This document shows, piece after piece, positions 10,210 to 19,939 of a DNA stretch of 64,000 bases. The stretch is from an uncultured Gammaproteobacteria bacterium (lineage in GTDB: Bacteria; Patescibacteriota; Microgenomatia; Levybacterales; GWA1-39-11), in the NCBI GenBank assembly GCA_964452165.1, contig CAYVKP010000001.1, positions 268,110 to 332,109 on the forward strand. The letters run 5' to 3'. Each line of letters begins with the position of its first letter. Position 1 is the first letter of the stretch. A program made the position numbers and the translations under genes. The notes beneath the pieces were generated by a model. It was not told the DNA's origin. It saw only the letters and a program-made list of their open reading frames with translations, and searched no databases.

Positions 10210-10839
10210 TTATTGGACGTCGATTCCGAGGATTTTGTCGCCAATCGCAATACTTTTTACTACATCCATTCCTGCTGTAACTTTTCCAAAAATTGTATAT
10301 GCATGATCAAGCGCGGTATCTTTTTTCAGAATAAAGAATTGGCTGCTGTTGGTGTTGGGTCCGCGATTTGCCATTGCCAAAACTCCTTCAACGTATCCTG
10401 CTTTATAGCTTGGAGTATTTGGATTAAGTTCGTCCTCAAAAGTCGGTCCGTAGATTGAGGATCCACCGCCGCCGGTACCGGTTGGATCTCCACCTTGAAT
10501 TACCCAATCTTCAACTCGGTGAAATGTTAGATTATTATAAAATCCTTTTTTTGCGAGTGTTGCAAAGTTTGTGACAGTTTTTGCTGCTTCGCTTGCGTAA
10601 AGTTCCAATTCAATATTTCCCTTGACATTTTTGATAGTAGCTTTATTTGCGGAAATTCTGTCGTTTTCAGAAACCGTCGGAACAGGTTTTCCGGAAGGTT
10701 GGTCAGAAGACAATGGGTTACTGGTGGGAGTTGGAGTCAAAAAATTATCAGCTGTTGGTTGAGAAGAAGTTTTGGTTAACATATAAATTCCTATGAAGGC
10801 AAGTATTACGATCGTGACAAAAATTACTGCCGTTTTCAT
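10210..10839 (-). CDS. Cyclophilin-type peptidyl-prolyl cis-trans isomerase with N-terminal membrane anchor
   Basis: FHRV..VIQGGDPTGTGGGG, LAMANRGPNTNSSQFFI, YTIFGKV. Confidence 0.96.
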   Translation of the reverse strand: MKTAVIFVTIVILAFIGIYMLTKTSSQPTADNFLTPTPTSNPLSSDQPSGKPVPTVSENDRISANKATIKNVKGNIELELYASEAAKTVTNFATLAKKGFYNNLTFHRVEDWVIQGGDPTGTGGGGSSIYGPTFEDELNPNTPSYKAGYVEGVLAMANRGPNTNSSQFFILKKDTALDHAYTIFGKVTAGMDVVKSIAIGDKILGIDVQ

Positions 10840-10860
10840 CAGGTTATTATTGTAGACAAA

Positions 10861-11946
10861 CTAGATTTTTATTTCAATAAGATCTTTTGGAGATTTTGTT
10901 AATTGTTCGAGATTCGAACCGTTCCATAAATAGTCATCTTCTATTCTTACTCCACCAAAACCTGGAATATAAATTCCCGGCTCAATTGTAAACGTCATTC
11001 CATTTTTAATATAATCTTTCGCTCTTTTTGAAAGTCTGGGTGATTCATGAACCTCAAGTCCAATTCCATGCCCAAGTCCATGAGGCATTTTTGGAAAACC
11101 CTTTTTAACAATGTATTCATCTGCAACTTCCCAAGCCATTCGTCCGGACATTTTTTTATTCGTGTTGAGGTAATCGACGGCTGCCATCTGAGCCCCAAGA
11201 ACCGTCTCGTAAATTTTCCTAGCTTTGTTCGATGCATTTTTGGTGAGAAGTGTTCGGGTCATGTCAGCGCAATACCCATCAACTTTTGCACCGAAATCCA
11301 AAAGTATAAATTCATCTTTCTCCGATAGTTTTTTGTCCGACGTCAGGTGATGAGGGACCGAGCTATTCGTTCCAAAAGCAACAATTGAATCAAAAGCCAG
11401 AGTTCCGCCAAGTTTTTTTATGAACATTTCTATTTCCCATGCAACTTCTTTTTCAGTCATTCTAATTCTTACGTTCTTGAGAATATGAGAATAACAATCA
11501 TCAGTAAGTTTAGTGGCTTTTTTAATAGATTTTATTTCCTCGACATTTTTAATATTTCTAAAATCTTCGACTAAGTTATGAACCAATAAAAATCTTATGG
11601 AAATTTCTTTTTTAATTTTTTCGTATTCGGCGAATGTTAGATTGTGTTCAAAACCAATTATTTTGATTTTTTCTTTTTTAACAATTTGGTTAAGAGTTTT
11701 AGCGATTGGTTTTATCGTTACTTTTGCGTTTGCGGGCAAAGTTTTTTCAACCGCCTCAATATATCTTCCGTCAGTAAATAAAACCGCATTCAACTGGGAT
11801 ACAAAAAGATACGCTTCCCGTTCGTGAGTTGAAAAATTAGAATAACCGGTTAAATAGTGAATATTAACAGCAGACGAAACCAAAATCGCATCGATTTTGT
11901 TCGCCCGTAATTTTTTTTGAAGTTCTTTGACTCTGTTTCCAAACAT
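10861..11946 (-). CDS. Xaa-Pro aminopeptidase (M24B family)
   Basis: Creatinase-N domain plus LDFGA..GYCADMTRT, HGLGHGIGLEVHE, TIEPGIY, GVRIED. Start moved to the ATG 7 nt after TATAAT. Confidence 0.95.
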   Translation of the reverse strand: MFGNRVKELQKKLRANKIDAILVSSAVNIHYLTGYSNFSTHEREAYLFVSQLNAVLFTDGRYIEAVEKTLPANAKVTIKPIAKTLNQIVKKEKIKIIGFEHNLTFAEYEKIKKEISIRFLLVHNLVEDFRNIKNVEEIKSIKKATKLTDDCYSHILKNVRIRMTEKEVAWEIEMFIKKLGGTLAFDSIVAFGTNSSVPHHLTSDKKLSEKDEFILLDFGAKVDGYCADMTRTLLTKNASNKARKIYETVLGAQMAAVDYLNTNKKMSGRMAWEVADEYIVKKGFPKMPHGLGHGIGLEVHESPRLSKRAKDYIKNGMTFTIEPGIYIPGFGGVRIEDDYLWNGSNLEQLTKSPKDLIEIKI

Positions 11947-11973
11947 AGCCACGATTATAGCACAAGGATAAAT

Positions 11974-12393
11974 TTATCTAGGAGGGTAATAGGGGTGACG
12001 TCCAGTTTTTCTTCGGTAAGCCTCATCAATTGTGCGGCCATCAAGCGGTGCCCTGAGGCCTCCTACGTCCCAGCCCATATGAATAGCGCTCCTTATAATC
12101 ATAGGAGCATTGTGATGCTGCCAAAGTATGTTCGACTGAGCCATCGCCCGCAATTGGCCATAGATCATATCATCAGCGGATAATATATAAGACGTAGACC
12201 TCGTTTCGGTAGATGGAGTAGATTGATAAGTTGATTTTGGTTTAGGTGTCCAGCGGGGGATAAATCCCCAACTCCTAAATTTATCCCTCTGTGGTGTTGA
12301 AAGTTTTGCAAAAAAGGAATATTCTTCATTAAGACTCAAAGCTTTAACTCTTTGGAAAGTATTTTTTCCTGCTTCATCAAGTCTTTGCCTCAT
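11974..12393 (-). CDS. Hypothetical protein; probably the 3' part of a frameshifted two-repeat gene
   Basis: Shares the (Q/R)DK(L/F)(K/R)SWG repeat with the upstream ORF; ATGA overlap. Confidence 0.55.
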   Translation of the reverse strand: MRQRLDEAGKNTFQRVKALSLNEEYSFFAKLSTPQRDKFRSWGFIPRWTPKPKSTYQSTPSTETRSTSYILSADDMIYGQLRAMAQSNILWQHHNAPMIIRSAIHMGWDVGGLRAPLDGRTIDEAYRRKTGRHPYYPPR

Positions 12394-12842
12394 TTCGCCA
12401 AGTTGTTGTTTTCTTGTTCGAGTACTTCAATTTCCCCTTCAATCAGTTCCTGTCTGGTTTTTGGGGCTGGAAGTTTTAGTCCCCAGCTTTTTAATTTATC
12501 CTGTGCTTGTTCTGGTAAACCCGATAGGTAATTAACTCTCTCCTCATCTGTCATCGTGGTATTTAGCATGCTAACCGTGCTTCTTCCCAATTCGCCAATC
12601 TCTTTTACTATTTTTCCTAATTTGTCGAGTTCTGACCCAACAGTGTCGATACGCGTGGGTGCTAACTCAGAAGACAGCGGAACAGGTGATTCCACGGACT
12701 CAGACACTGATAAAGGATTTACTTCAGGTTTTGGAGCGGGAGAAGCACTATTTATGGAAGTCTTTGGTTTTTCGCGACCTCTTGACTCTATTTCACGCCT
12801 CCAGCGACTTAATTGTCCAGGGAGGCGATGTTCGCGTCTCAT
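12390..12842 (-). CDS. Hypothetical protein; probably the 5' part of a frameshifted two-repeat gene
   Basis: TATAAT 6 nt upstream of the ATG; carries repeat unit 1. Confidence 0.6.
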   Translation of the reverse strand: MRREHRLPGQLSRWRREIESRGREKPKTSINSASPAPKPEVNPLSVSESVESPVPLSSELAPTRIDTVGSELDKLGKIVKEIGELGRSTVSMLNTTMTDEERVNYLSGLPEQAQDKLKSWGLKLPAPKTRQELIEGEIEVLEQENNNLAK

Positions 12843-12890
12843 GGTTGTATTATATTCCTAAATTACTCACAGTCAATTGAGACCGGAGTA

Positions 12891-12953
12891 TTTACATTGA
12901 GGCTCATTTTTTGTAAAATAACAAAGCGTTCGAGATTTCGGGCGAATTTTTTT
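12891..12953 (+). promoter_or_regulatory. fusA promoter and 5' hairpin/U-tract leader
   Basis: TTTACA (12891-96), 17 nt, TAAAAT (12914-19); CGTTCG-AGATTT-CGGGCG hairpin, then AATTTTTTT. Confidence 0.55.
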
Positions 12954-12957
12954 ATTT

Positions 12958-15105
12958 ATGGCTGATTCATCACGACAAGTACCGCTAGACAAAATTCGTA
13001 ATATTGGAATTATTGCGCATATTGACGCAGGTAAAACTACAACCTCAGAACGTATCCTTTACTACACGGGAAAATCTTACAAAATTGGAGATATTGATGA
13101 AGGTAACACCGTAATGGACTGGATGGATCAGGAGAGGGAAAGAGGAATCACTATTGTTTCTGCCGCAACCACAACTTTCTGGACCCACTCGCCGCTTGGT
13201 CGCTCTGCAGGACAAGAAGAAGCATACAGAATTAATTTAATTGACACCCCCGGACACGTTGACTTTACAGCAGAGGTCGAACGTTCACTTCGTGTTCTCG
13301 ACGGAGCAGTAACCGTTCTTGACGCCGAAGAAGGAGTTCAATCGCAGTCTGAAACTGTTTGGAGACAAGCCGATAAATATCATGTTCCAAGAATTTGTTT
13401 CATCAATAAAATGGACAAACTCGGAGCGGATTTTCTAAAAACAGTTAAGTCCATTGAGGATCGCCTTGGAGCAAATCCTTGCATTATGGTTCTTCCAATC
13501 GGAGCAGAAAGTGATTTCAAAGGAGTAGTAGATCTTCTTAATATGAAATCACTTACTTGGGGCGGAGAAGAGCTAGGCGCAAAATATGATGTCTCAGATG
13601 AAATCCCGGCTGACATGAAGGCGCAAGTTGATGAATATCGCCACAAAATGATTGAGAAAATTGCGGAAAACAATGATAACCTTCTCGAAAAATATCTCAA
13701 CAATGAAGAGATCTCAAATGAAGAACTAAAACAGGGACTCAGAAATGCAGTTGTTGGTTACAAGCTCGTCCCGATTTATGCAGGTACATCTTTGCGTAAT
13801 AAAGGGGTTCAGCCACTTCTTGATGCCGTTGTTGACTATCTTCCTTCTCCGGCAGATCTTGGAGAGGTTAAGGGAATTAATCCAAAAACAAACACCGAGG
13901 AAGTTCGCAAATTAGTGCCGGAAGAAGCGTTTACGGGTTTTGCATTCAAAGTCCAGATTGATCCACACGTTGGAAAAATTACATTCGTACGTATTTACTC
14001 AGGTAAGCTTGTGTCTGGTTCTTACGCCTATAATTCAACTCGCGATATAAAAGAGAGAGTTGGTCGCCTCCTTCTCATGCATTCAAACCAGAGAGAAGAA
14101 ATTAAAGAAGCGTATGCAGGAGAAATAGTTGCAGTCGTAGGTTTGAAAGATACCATTACCGGAGACACTGTTTGCGATGAGACAAAGCCTGTAATTTTGG
14201 AAAAAATTACGTTTCCCGAACCTGTTATTTCCTTGGCTATTGAGCCTAAGACAAAGTCAGACCAAGAGAAAATGGGATTGGCCTTGAGACGTCTCATGGA
14301 GGAAGATCCGACATTCACGGTCAAAACAAACCATGAGACAAATCAGACGATCATTTCTGGAGTTGGAGAATTGCAGCTCGAGATTATGGTAGACCGCATG
14401 AAACGCGAATTTAATGTCGGCGCAAACGTGGGTGCTCCACAGGTCGCGTACAAAGAAACGGTTGGAGTTGAGACAACAGGTGAGGGTAAATACATAAAAC
14501 AAACAGGAGGACATGGACAGTACGGACATTGTTGGCTTAGGGTTACGCCTAATCCAAGGGGTGAAGGTTTTGAGTTTATAAACCAGATTAAAGGAGGAGC
14601 GATTCCCTCAGAATTTATTGGTTCAATTGAAAAGGGAGTCAAAGAGACTCTTGAAAAAGGAATACTGCTTGGATATCCCGTAGTTGACTTGAAAGTTGCA
14701 GTATATGATGGATCTTATCATGATGTAGACTCATCAGACATCGCATTCAAAATCGCCGCCTCAATGGCATTACAAGCAGCAAGTAAAAAAGCAGACATGA
14801 AATTGCTAGAGCCTATCATGAAAGTTGAAGTTACAACTCCCGAAGAGTTTATGGGAGACGTAATTGGCGACCTATCAGCAAAAAGGGCTCAGATTTCCGG
14901 AAGCGAAGAGCGTGGAAATGCCAGGATAATCTTGGCGCTGGTTCCACTCGCCGAGCTTTCAGGATACGCAACCACCTTGCGTTCAATGTCTCAGGGCCGT
15001 GCTACATATTATATGGAGCCATCTCATTATGAAGAAGTTCCAAACAATATTGTCCAAGCAATGCTTGCCAAATCAACATTTACCGGTCGCATAAACGCAC
15101 AATAA
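12958..15105 (+). CDS. fusA: Elongation factor G
   Basis: [38 protein letters not shown]. Confidence 0.99.
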   Translation: MADSSRQVPLDKIRNIGIIAHIDAGKTTTSERILYYTGKSYKIGDIDEGNTVMDWMDQERERGITIVSAATTTFWTHSPLGRSAGQEEAYRINLIDTPGHVDFTAEVERSLRVLDGAVTVLDAEEGVQSQSETVWRQADKYHVPRICFINKMDKLGADFLKTVKSIEDRLGANPCIMVLPIGAESDFKGVVDLLNMKSLTWGGEELGAKYDVSDEIPADMKAQVDEYRHKMIEKIAENNDNLLEKYLNNEEISNEELKQGLRNAVVGYKLVPIYAGTSLRNKGVQPLLDAVVDYLPSPADLGEVKGINPKTNTEEVRKLVPEEAFTGFAFKVQIDPHVGKITFVRIYSGKLVSGSYAYNSTRDIKERVGRLLLMHSNQREEIKEAYAGEIVAVVGLKDTITGDTVCDETKPVILEKITFPEPVISLAIEPKTKSDQEKMGLALRRLMEEDPTFTVKTNHETNQTIISGVGELQLEIMVDRMKREFNVGANVGAPQVAYKETVGVETTGEGKYIKQTGGHGQYGHCWLRVTPNPRGEGFEFINQIKGGAIPSEFIGSIEKGVKETLEKGILLGYPVVDLKVAVYDGSYHDVDSSDIAFKIAASMALQAASKKADMKLLEPIMKVEVTTPEEFMGDVIGDLSAKRAQISGSEERGNARIILALVPLAELSGYATTLRSMSQGRATYYMEPSHYEEVPNNIVQAMLAKSTFTGRINAQ

Positions 15106-15154
15106 CCTCCTCCATTATTTGACATCAATAAAACTTTTGTTCTAAACTGGTATT

Positions 15155-15496
15155 ATGCTTTCATTAAAGCGCGATCACGAACTCTTTTGGATCCTTGAAG
15201 TATTGCTTCTTACGCCGGTAGCGCTTTTCTGGTCCGGAGTAATTTCCATGATGGTCAGTCCGTCAAGTAAGTTATTCGACTCAGTTATTGGTAATCCAAT
15301 AGATCCGGCAAGATCCGTACTTATTACCATATTATGTCCGTCAATCGCTGCTTGGCTTGCTTTTAAATACATCTCTGAAAATAAAAAGGGAAAAGATACG
15401 GCTCACAAGATTGCAAAGTATATAATAATTGTCAGCTTACTAAGCATAGCACTTGTGATAATTTATCTTTACGGTCAGCACGCCCCCAGATACTAA
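15155..15496 (+). CDS. Small integral membrane protein (about 3 TM)
   Basis: Three hydrophobic stretches; TTGACA...TAAACT promoter 6 nt upstream. Confidence 0.7.
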   Translation: MLSLKRDHELFWILEVLLLTPVALFWSGVISMMVSPSSKLFDSVIGNPIDPARSVLITILCPSIAAWLAFKYISENKKGKDTAHKIAKYIIIVSLLSIALVIIYLYGQHAPRY

Positions 15497-15551
15497 AATT
15501 AGCCTCAAAACCTTCAAAAAAGTTACAATTTGTGTATAATGTTTGCGACAT

Positions 15552-16505
15552 ATGAAAGTTGTTCCTGAAGCAAATCTCAAGGAATTTTTGTGGTACAAAA
15601 TTGGCGGTTTGGCGCGTTTTCTAATTGACGTTACTGATAAGGAAGATCTCAAAAAAGCTTTAGAATTTTTAAAAAAAGAAAAAATTAAAAAGATTTTTTT
15701 CTTGGGATCCGGTAGTAATTTAATTTTCTCAGATGATTACTTTGATGGAGGGGTTCTGCGTTTTATTCCGGGGAAAATTGAACTTCTTAAGCAGCATATA
15801 GTTCGCGTAGATGCCGGAGTGGTTTTGGACGATGTCATAAGATTTGCGTTTGACAATAATTTAGTAGGTCTTGAATGGGCAGGTGGACTTCCGGGAGATG
15901 TGGGGGCTGCCATCCGCGGAAACGTAGGAGCCTTTGGTGGGGAAATAAAGGATTCCGTTGCGCAAGCTGAAGTTTTCCAACTTACAAACAATAAACCAGA
16001 ATTTAAAAAATTAAAAAGATTTGAACTTAAATTTTCGTATCGTAATTCAATCGTAAAAAAGAAAAAATTGGGTGTTGTGTCGGCAACTTTTCGCTTAAAA
16101 CCGGCAGCTCCCGATGAACTTCTCCGTGCAAGACAAACCTATCTCAATAACATTGAATACAGAAAAGTTCGTCATCCCTTAGAGTATCCTAATTGTGGTT
16201 CGGTCTTCAAAAACATTTCGGATCCTGAGCACATTAAAAAAATTCTGGAAGTTTTACCGGATCTCGAAGAGAAGATAAAACGGGACTGGCATGGAAAAGT
16301 CGCAATGGGATATTTGATAAAGCGTTTGGATCTGTCAGAATACCGCGTGGGACAAGCAATGATTTCACCAAAGCATTGTAACTTTATAGTAAACCTTGGA
16401 AATGCGAAAGCGACAGATGTTTTATCCATAATAAAGGCAGTTCAAGAAAAATTTATTGAAGTATTCGATTTTATGCCAGAAGTGGAGGTGGAGATAGTTG
16501 AATAA
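15552..16505 (+). CDS. murB: UDP-N-acetylenolpyruvoylglucosamine reductase
   Basis: KIGGLA, LGSGSNL, GLPGDVGAAIRGNVGAFG, FSYRNS, CGSVFKN, KHCNFIVN. Confidence 0.96.
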   Translation: MKVVPEANLKEFLWYKIGGLARFLIDVTDKEDLKKALEFLKKEKIKKIFFLGSGSNLIFSDDYFDGGVLRFIPGKIELLKQHIVRVDAGVVLDDVIRFAFDNNLVGLEWAGGLPGDVGAAIRGNVGAFGGEIKDSVAQAEVFQLTNNKPEFKKLKRFELKFSYRNSIVKKKKLGVVSATFRLKPAAPDELLRARQTYLNNIEYRKVRHPLEYPNCGSVFKNISDPEHIKKILEVLPDLEEKIKRDWHGKVAMGYLIKRLDLSEYRVGQAMISPKHCNFIVNLGNAKATDVLSIIKAVQEKFIEVFDFMPEVEVEIVE

Positions 16506-16668
16506 AAAATTAGCCTATACAATTATAATGTTGGTTTTAGTCGTTATCGACTGGCTTACTTTTCATGATTTTTTGAAAGGTGAATCGTACAATTTGGTTC
16601 AAATCTTAACGGGAGCAATAAGCGTTCCGCTATTTATCATCTTAGGAGAAGAGGTATTTAAGAAATAG
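16498..16668 (+). CDS. Unannotated 56-aa two-TM membrane protein
   Basis: Manual translation from a TTG overlapping the murB end: MNKKLAYTIIMLVLVVIDWLTFHDFLKGESYNLVQILTGAISVPLFIILGEEVFKK*. Fills the gap; GGTGGAG upstream. Confidence 0.6.
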   Translation: MNKKLAYTIIMLVLVVIDWLTFHDFLKGESYNLVQILTGAISVPLFIILGEEVFKK

Positions 16669-16716
16669 GTAAAATTCTTACTTGACATTAGTTTAAATCT
16701 GAGCATATAACTAATT

Positions 16717-17439
16717 ATGGCTAATGCAGCAGTGGAAGCCGAACCCTCATCTCTACCGTTCACCAATATATACGGTGAGCCAAGACCACCAACCGAAAGA
16801 CAAACTACCCACAACCAGTTAAGAAAAAGCCACATAGAAAAAATTGGAGCCCCATTAACAGAGCAAGACGTAGTGGTTTATAAGGTTGAAGCGACTCGAA
16901 TGGATTTCTGGAAGAATGGATTTTGGGATGCGTCTGATCTTAAGGATATAACCGAATTCATATTCGAAGGACAAGCCACCCGGGCTCCCGATCCTGCCCC
17001 CTTAACTATAAGAATTGAAAACAACATGGAGGAAATTATAAACTCCAAAGGAGCATCTATAGCATTAAACTTAGGACTCGAGGATGGAAATCTGTGGGGG
17101 ATAGAGGCTGATGTTCCTATGCGGACAAAGGAAAAAGACCCCGAACCATTGAGATGGGTGAGGGGAATAGTAGGTCAGAATACAGAAGATCTTGCAAGCA
17201 AGGACCAGGTGGGAGATCAATTTCACTCCGGTCATATCGAGCATAAACTTGATATCGCCCAGAAGTTACAACGCGTGATTGCAGAAGCAATAAAGGACCA
17301 GGAACCAGTACATGACTCAAGGAAACAATTTGGACCAGAGTTAAAATGGGACTATGAAGAAGAAGGTCAAGAGCAAGAGGAGCAACAAGAACCACAAAGC
17401 AACATAGTCGTTTTGTCCGAGAGGCATAAAACAGCTTGA
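16717..17439 (+). CDS. Hypothetical protein (240 aa, acidic tail)
   Basis: Long ORF with TTGACA (16682) promoter; no motif recognised. Confidence 0.75.
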   Translation: MANAAVEAEPSSLPFTNIYGEPRPPTERQTTHNQLRKSHIEKIGAPLTEQDVVVYKVEATRMDFWKNGFWDASDLKDITEFIFEGQATRAPDPAPLTIRIENNMEEIINSKGASIALNLGLEDGNLWGIEADVPMRTKEKDPEPLRWVRGIVGQNTEDLASKDQVGDQFHSGHIEHKLDIAQKLQRVIAEAIKDQEPVHDSRKQFGPELKWDYEEEGQEQEEQQEPQSNIVVLSERHKTA

Positions 17440-17473
17440 CTCACTTTCAAATTATCCTGTAGAATTTAATTTC

Positions 17474-18040
17474 ATGGACCTTCTTAAATTTAACATCCTA
17501 TGGATGGCCGTTAATGTCTTCCTTGCATTTATTCCGGTTGCGGCGGGTTTCCTAATGCTCAAAAATAAATCTAAAATCATAAAAATCCTAGCCGGTATTG
17601 TTTGGATTATTTTTTTGCCTAACTCAATTTATCTTTTGACAGACATAACTCATTTTTTTGAAGACGCGCCCAAGTTAAAGGGTGACCTTTTGTATTTTGA
17701 TCTTTTCCTATACTTGATGTTAGTAGTTTTTGGAATTCTGACATTTATTTTGTCTGTTTATCCATTTGAAAAAGTTTTTACCAAGAAAACTAAAAAAGGA
17801 ATGAAATCAAATTTGAAAATATTGTTCGGGCTAAATTTATTGGTAGGTTTTGGAATGGTTTTAGGTCGCTTTCAAAGAACAAATTCATGGGAGATTTTTA
17901 CCAACACAAAAAGAGTAGTCATGGATACTCTACACACCTTCTCATCGCTAGAGCTTATGATTATGGTAGTAATTTTTGCCGTGTTGTGTCAGATAATCTA
18001 TACAACTTTTGATGAAGTGGTTCTAAGGAATATTAGGTGA
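17474..18040 (+). CDS. DUF1361-like membrane protein
   Basis: NVFLAFIP, WIIFLPNSIYLLTDITH, LGRFQRTNSWEI motifs. Confidence 0.85.
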   Translation: MDLLKFNILWMAVNVFLAFIPVAAGFLMLKNKSKIIKILAGIVWIIFLPNSIYLLTDITHFFEDAPKLKGDLLYFDLFLYLMLVVFGILTFILSVYPFEKVFTKKTKKGMKSNLKILFGLNLLVGFGMVLGRFQRTNSWEIFTNTKRVVMDTLHTFSSLELMIMVVIFAVLCQIIYTTFDEVVLRNIR

Positions 18041-18646
18041 TTATTTTGGTTCGTTTGCAAGACTCCTCCATAAAATAATTGCAGCATAAGTCCTGAAGGG
18101 TGCCCATTTCCTTGATAGTCTTTCCATTTGTTTGACTGTTGGTTTTTGTTTTATCTTATAAGATTTTTTAATAGCGTTTTGTAGACCCAAATCCCCAAAA
18201 GAGAAAATATCCGGTCTACCCAAAGAAAACATCAAAAACATTTCAGCAGTCCATCTCCCAATTCCTTTAATTGCAATTAACTCTTCAATAATTACATCAC
18301 TTTCCAGTCGTTCGAATTTATTTAGTTCAACTGAACCTTCCATAACTTTAGTAGCCAAATCTTTTAAATAAGAAATCTTTTGTCTCGAAAGACCAACGGA
18401 TCTCATCTGTTCATCTGTTAATTTCAATAAACCTTTTGGTGTAATATTTTTTTTGAAAAACAAATTTTCGAATCTTTCAAAAATAGTAGATGCAGCTTTT
18501 ACAGAGAGCTGTTGTCCGACAATCGACCTAAGCAGTCTATAAAAAGGATCGGGATGAGCCCTTAGTTCAAAAGGTTCGATCACCGTCGCAATTGCATGTA
18601 GAATTGGATCCGTTGTTTTAAAATGCTTAATTGCTTTTTTATACAT
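18041..18646 (-). CDS. DNA-3-methyladenine glycosylase II (AlkA-like, HhH-GPD)
   Basis: IVGQQLSVKAA, GLSRQK, IKGIGRWTAEMFLMF, WAPFRTYA. Confidence 0.93.
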   Translation of the reverse strand: MYKKAIKHFKTTDPILHAIATVIEPFELRAHPDPFYRLLRSIVGQQLSVKAASTIFERFENLFFKKNITPKGLLKLTDEQMRSVGLSRQKISYLKDLATKVMEGSVELNKFERLESDVIIEELIAIKGIGRWTAEMFLMFSLGRPDIFSFGDLGLQNAIKKSYKIKQKPTVKQMERLSRKWAPFRTYAAIILWRSLANEPK

Positions 18647-18716
18647 AGTCTTCTCTACTTTTGAGCGACCAAAAGTAGGCAAAAGTCGTTAAAAAACACA
18701 ATGCTATAATTCTTGT

Positions 18717-19232
18717 ATGAAGATTTATACAATGGGTCACACGACCAGGTCAATAGAAGAATTCATTTTAGTTTTGAAAAACTATCACATTGAAATAGTT
18801 GCCGATATTCGTATTATCCCAAGGTCCCGCTATAATCCTCAGTTTGAGGGTTCTCATTTAGAAAAATCTCTCGAGGAAAATGGTATGTCATATATTCATA
18901 TTAGAGAGCTGGGTGGTTTGAGAAATCCCAGAAAAGATTCGCAGAATATGGAATGGAGAAACACTTCATTCAGGGGATATGCAGATCACATGGAAACAGA
19001 AGAATTCGCGCGGGGTTTGGAAATTTTAGAAAAAATTGCAAAAGATCACCCAACGATAATTGTTTGCGCAGAAGCTGTTCCTTGGCGCTGTCATCGTAGT
19101 TTGGTTGCGGACGCATTAACTCTGCGGGGTTGGAGCGTAGAACATATTATGACTGAAAAAATTGCCAACAAGCACAAACTAACAGAATTTCTTAGGGTGG
19201 TTAATGGAAAACCGACTTATCCTAAAAGATAA
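18717..19232 (+). CDS. DUF488 family protein
   Basis: IYTMGHTTRS, DIRIIPRSR, LGGLR, CAEAVPWRCHRSLVAD. Confidence 0.9.
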   Translation: MKIYTMGHTTRSIEEFILVLKNYHIEIVADIRIIPRSRYNPQFEGSHLEKSLEENGMSYIHIRELGGLRNPRKDSQNMEWRNTSFRGYADHMETEEFARGLEILEKIAKDHPTIIVCAEAVPWRCHRSLVADALTLRGWSVEHIMTEKIANKHKLTEFLRVVNGKPTYPKR

Positions 19233-19844
19233 TTATTGTTTTCCAATGATCACTACGGCATCTGCCGATTCACTTGCTCCAAGATCGCTTGAGGAAGATC
19301 CTAATGTATAATTTGCCGAAAGATCTTTCTTCAAAAGAGAAAGATAATTGCTTTTTCCACTTTTCACCTGTACTTGCGTATTTGCGTAATCAAAATTGTC
19401 TGCATTGCCGATCTGAACTATGTTATAGCCCAGACCTTCAAGAAAATCTGAAGCTTTCTTAGATGCACCTGCTGTTCCACTCCCATTTAAAATGTGAATT
19501 GAAAGCTTTGCTCTATCAAGACCAGTAGCCTTATCAACACTACTTGTAGTTGTGGGTTTGGGAGTGGCGCTTGGCTTTTCCGTGGGGGTTGGGGTACCTG
19601 CTTCCGTTGGGGTAGGCGTATCAGTTGGAAAAGCTTCCTGCGTTGGGGTTGGTACCATTGTAGTTGTAGATTTTTTGGATCCGCCGAGAAACTTGGATAC
19701 ACCCAATATTAAAAGAAGAACCACAACAATTGCTGCTACAATAGCGAAGTATTTTTTTGACGAAGATCCGGAGGAATTGCGCGAAATTCTACTCTGAAAC
19801 TCAGAGGGGGCCTGAAATATTTCTTCTTTCTGTTCTTCTTCCAT
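19233..19844 (-). CDS. Membrane-anchored LytR C-terminal domain protein with a Pro/Thr-rich linker
   Basis: TM helix, PTPT repeats, ILNGSGTAGAS..L..GY..GNA..Y..T, VVIIG end. Confidence 0.85.
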   Translation of the reverse strand: MEEEQKEEIFQAPSEFQSRISRNSSGSSSKKYFAIVAAIVVVLLLILGVSKFLGGSKKSTTTMVPTPTQEAFPTDTPTPTEAGTPTPTEKPSATPKPTTTSSVDKATGLDRAKLSIHILNGSGTAGASKKASDFLEGLGYNIVQIGNADNFDYANTQVQVKSGKSNYLSLLKKDLSANYTLGSSSSDLGASESADAVVIIGKQ

Positions 19845-19939
19845 TGGCACTATGATACCATCAAATTGTAATTTTGCAAGATTTAACCTGACGATCTAAT
19901 CATTGGTTGATTAATGGATTTTTAGTTTATAATAAAGTT

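Noticed and set aside
19540-19670. Repetitive GGGGTT/GGGGTA pattern resembling a tandem repeat or array
   Set aside because: It encodes the PTPT linker of the LytR_C protein. There is no repeat-spacer structure, so it is not CRISPR.
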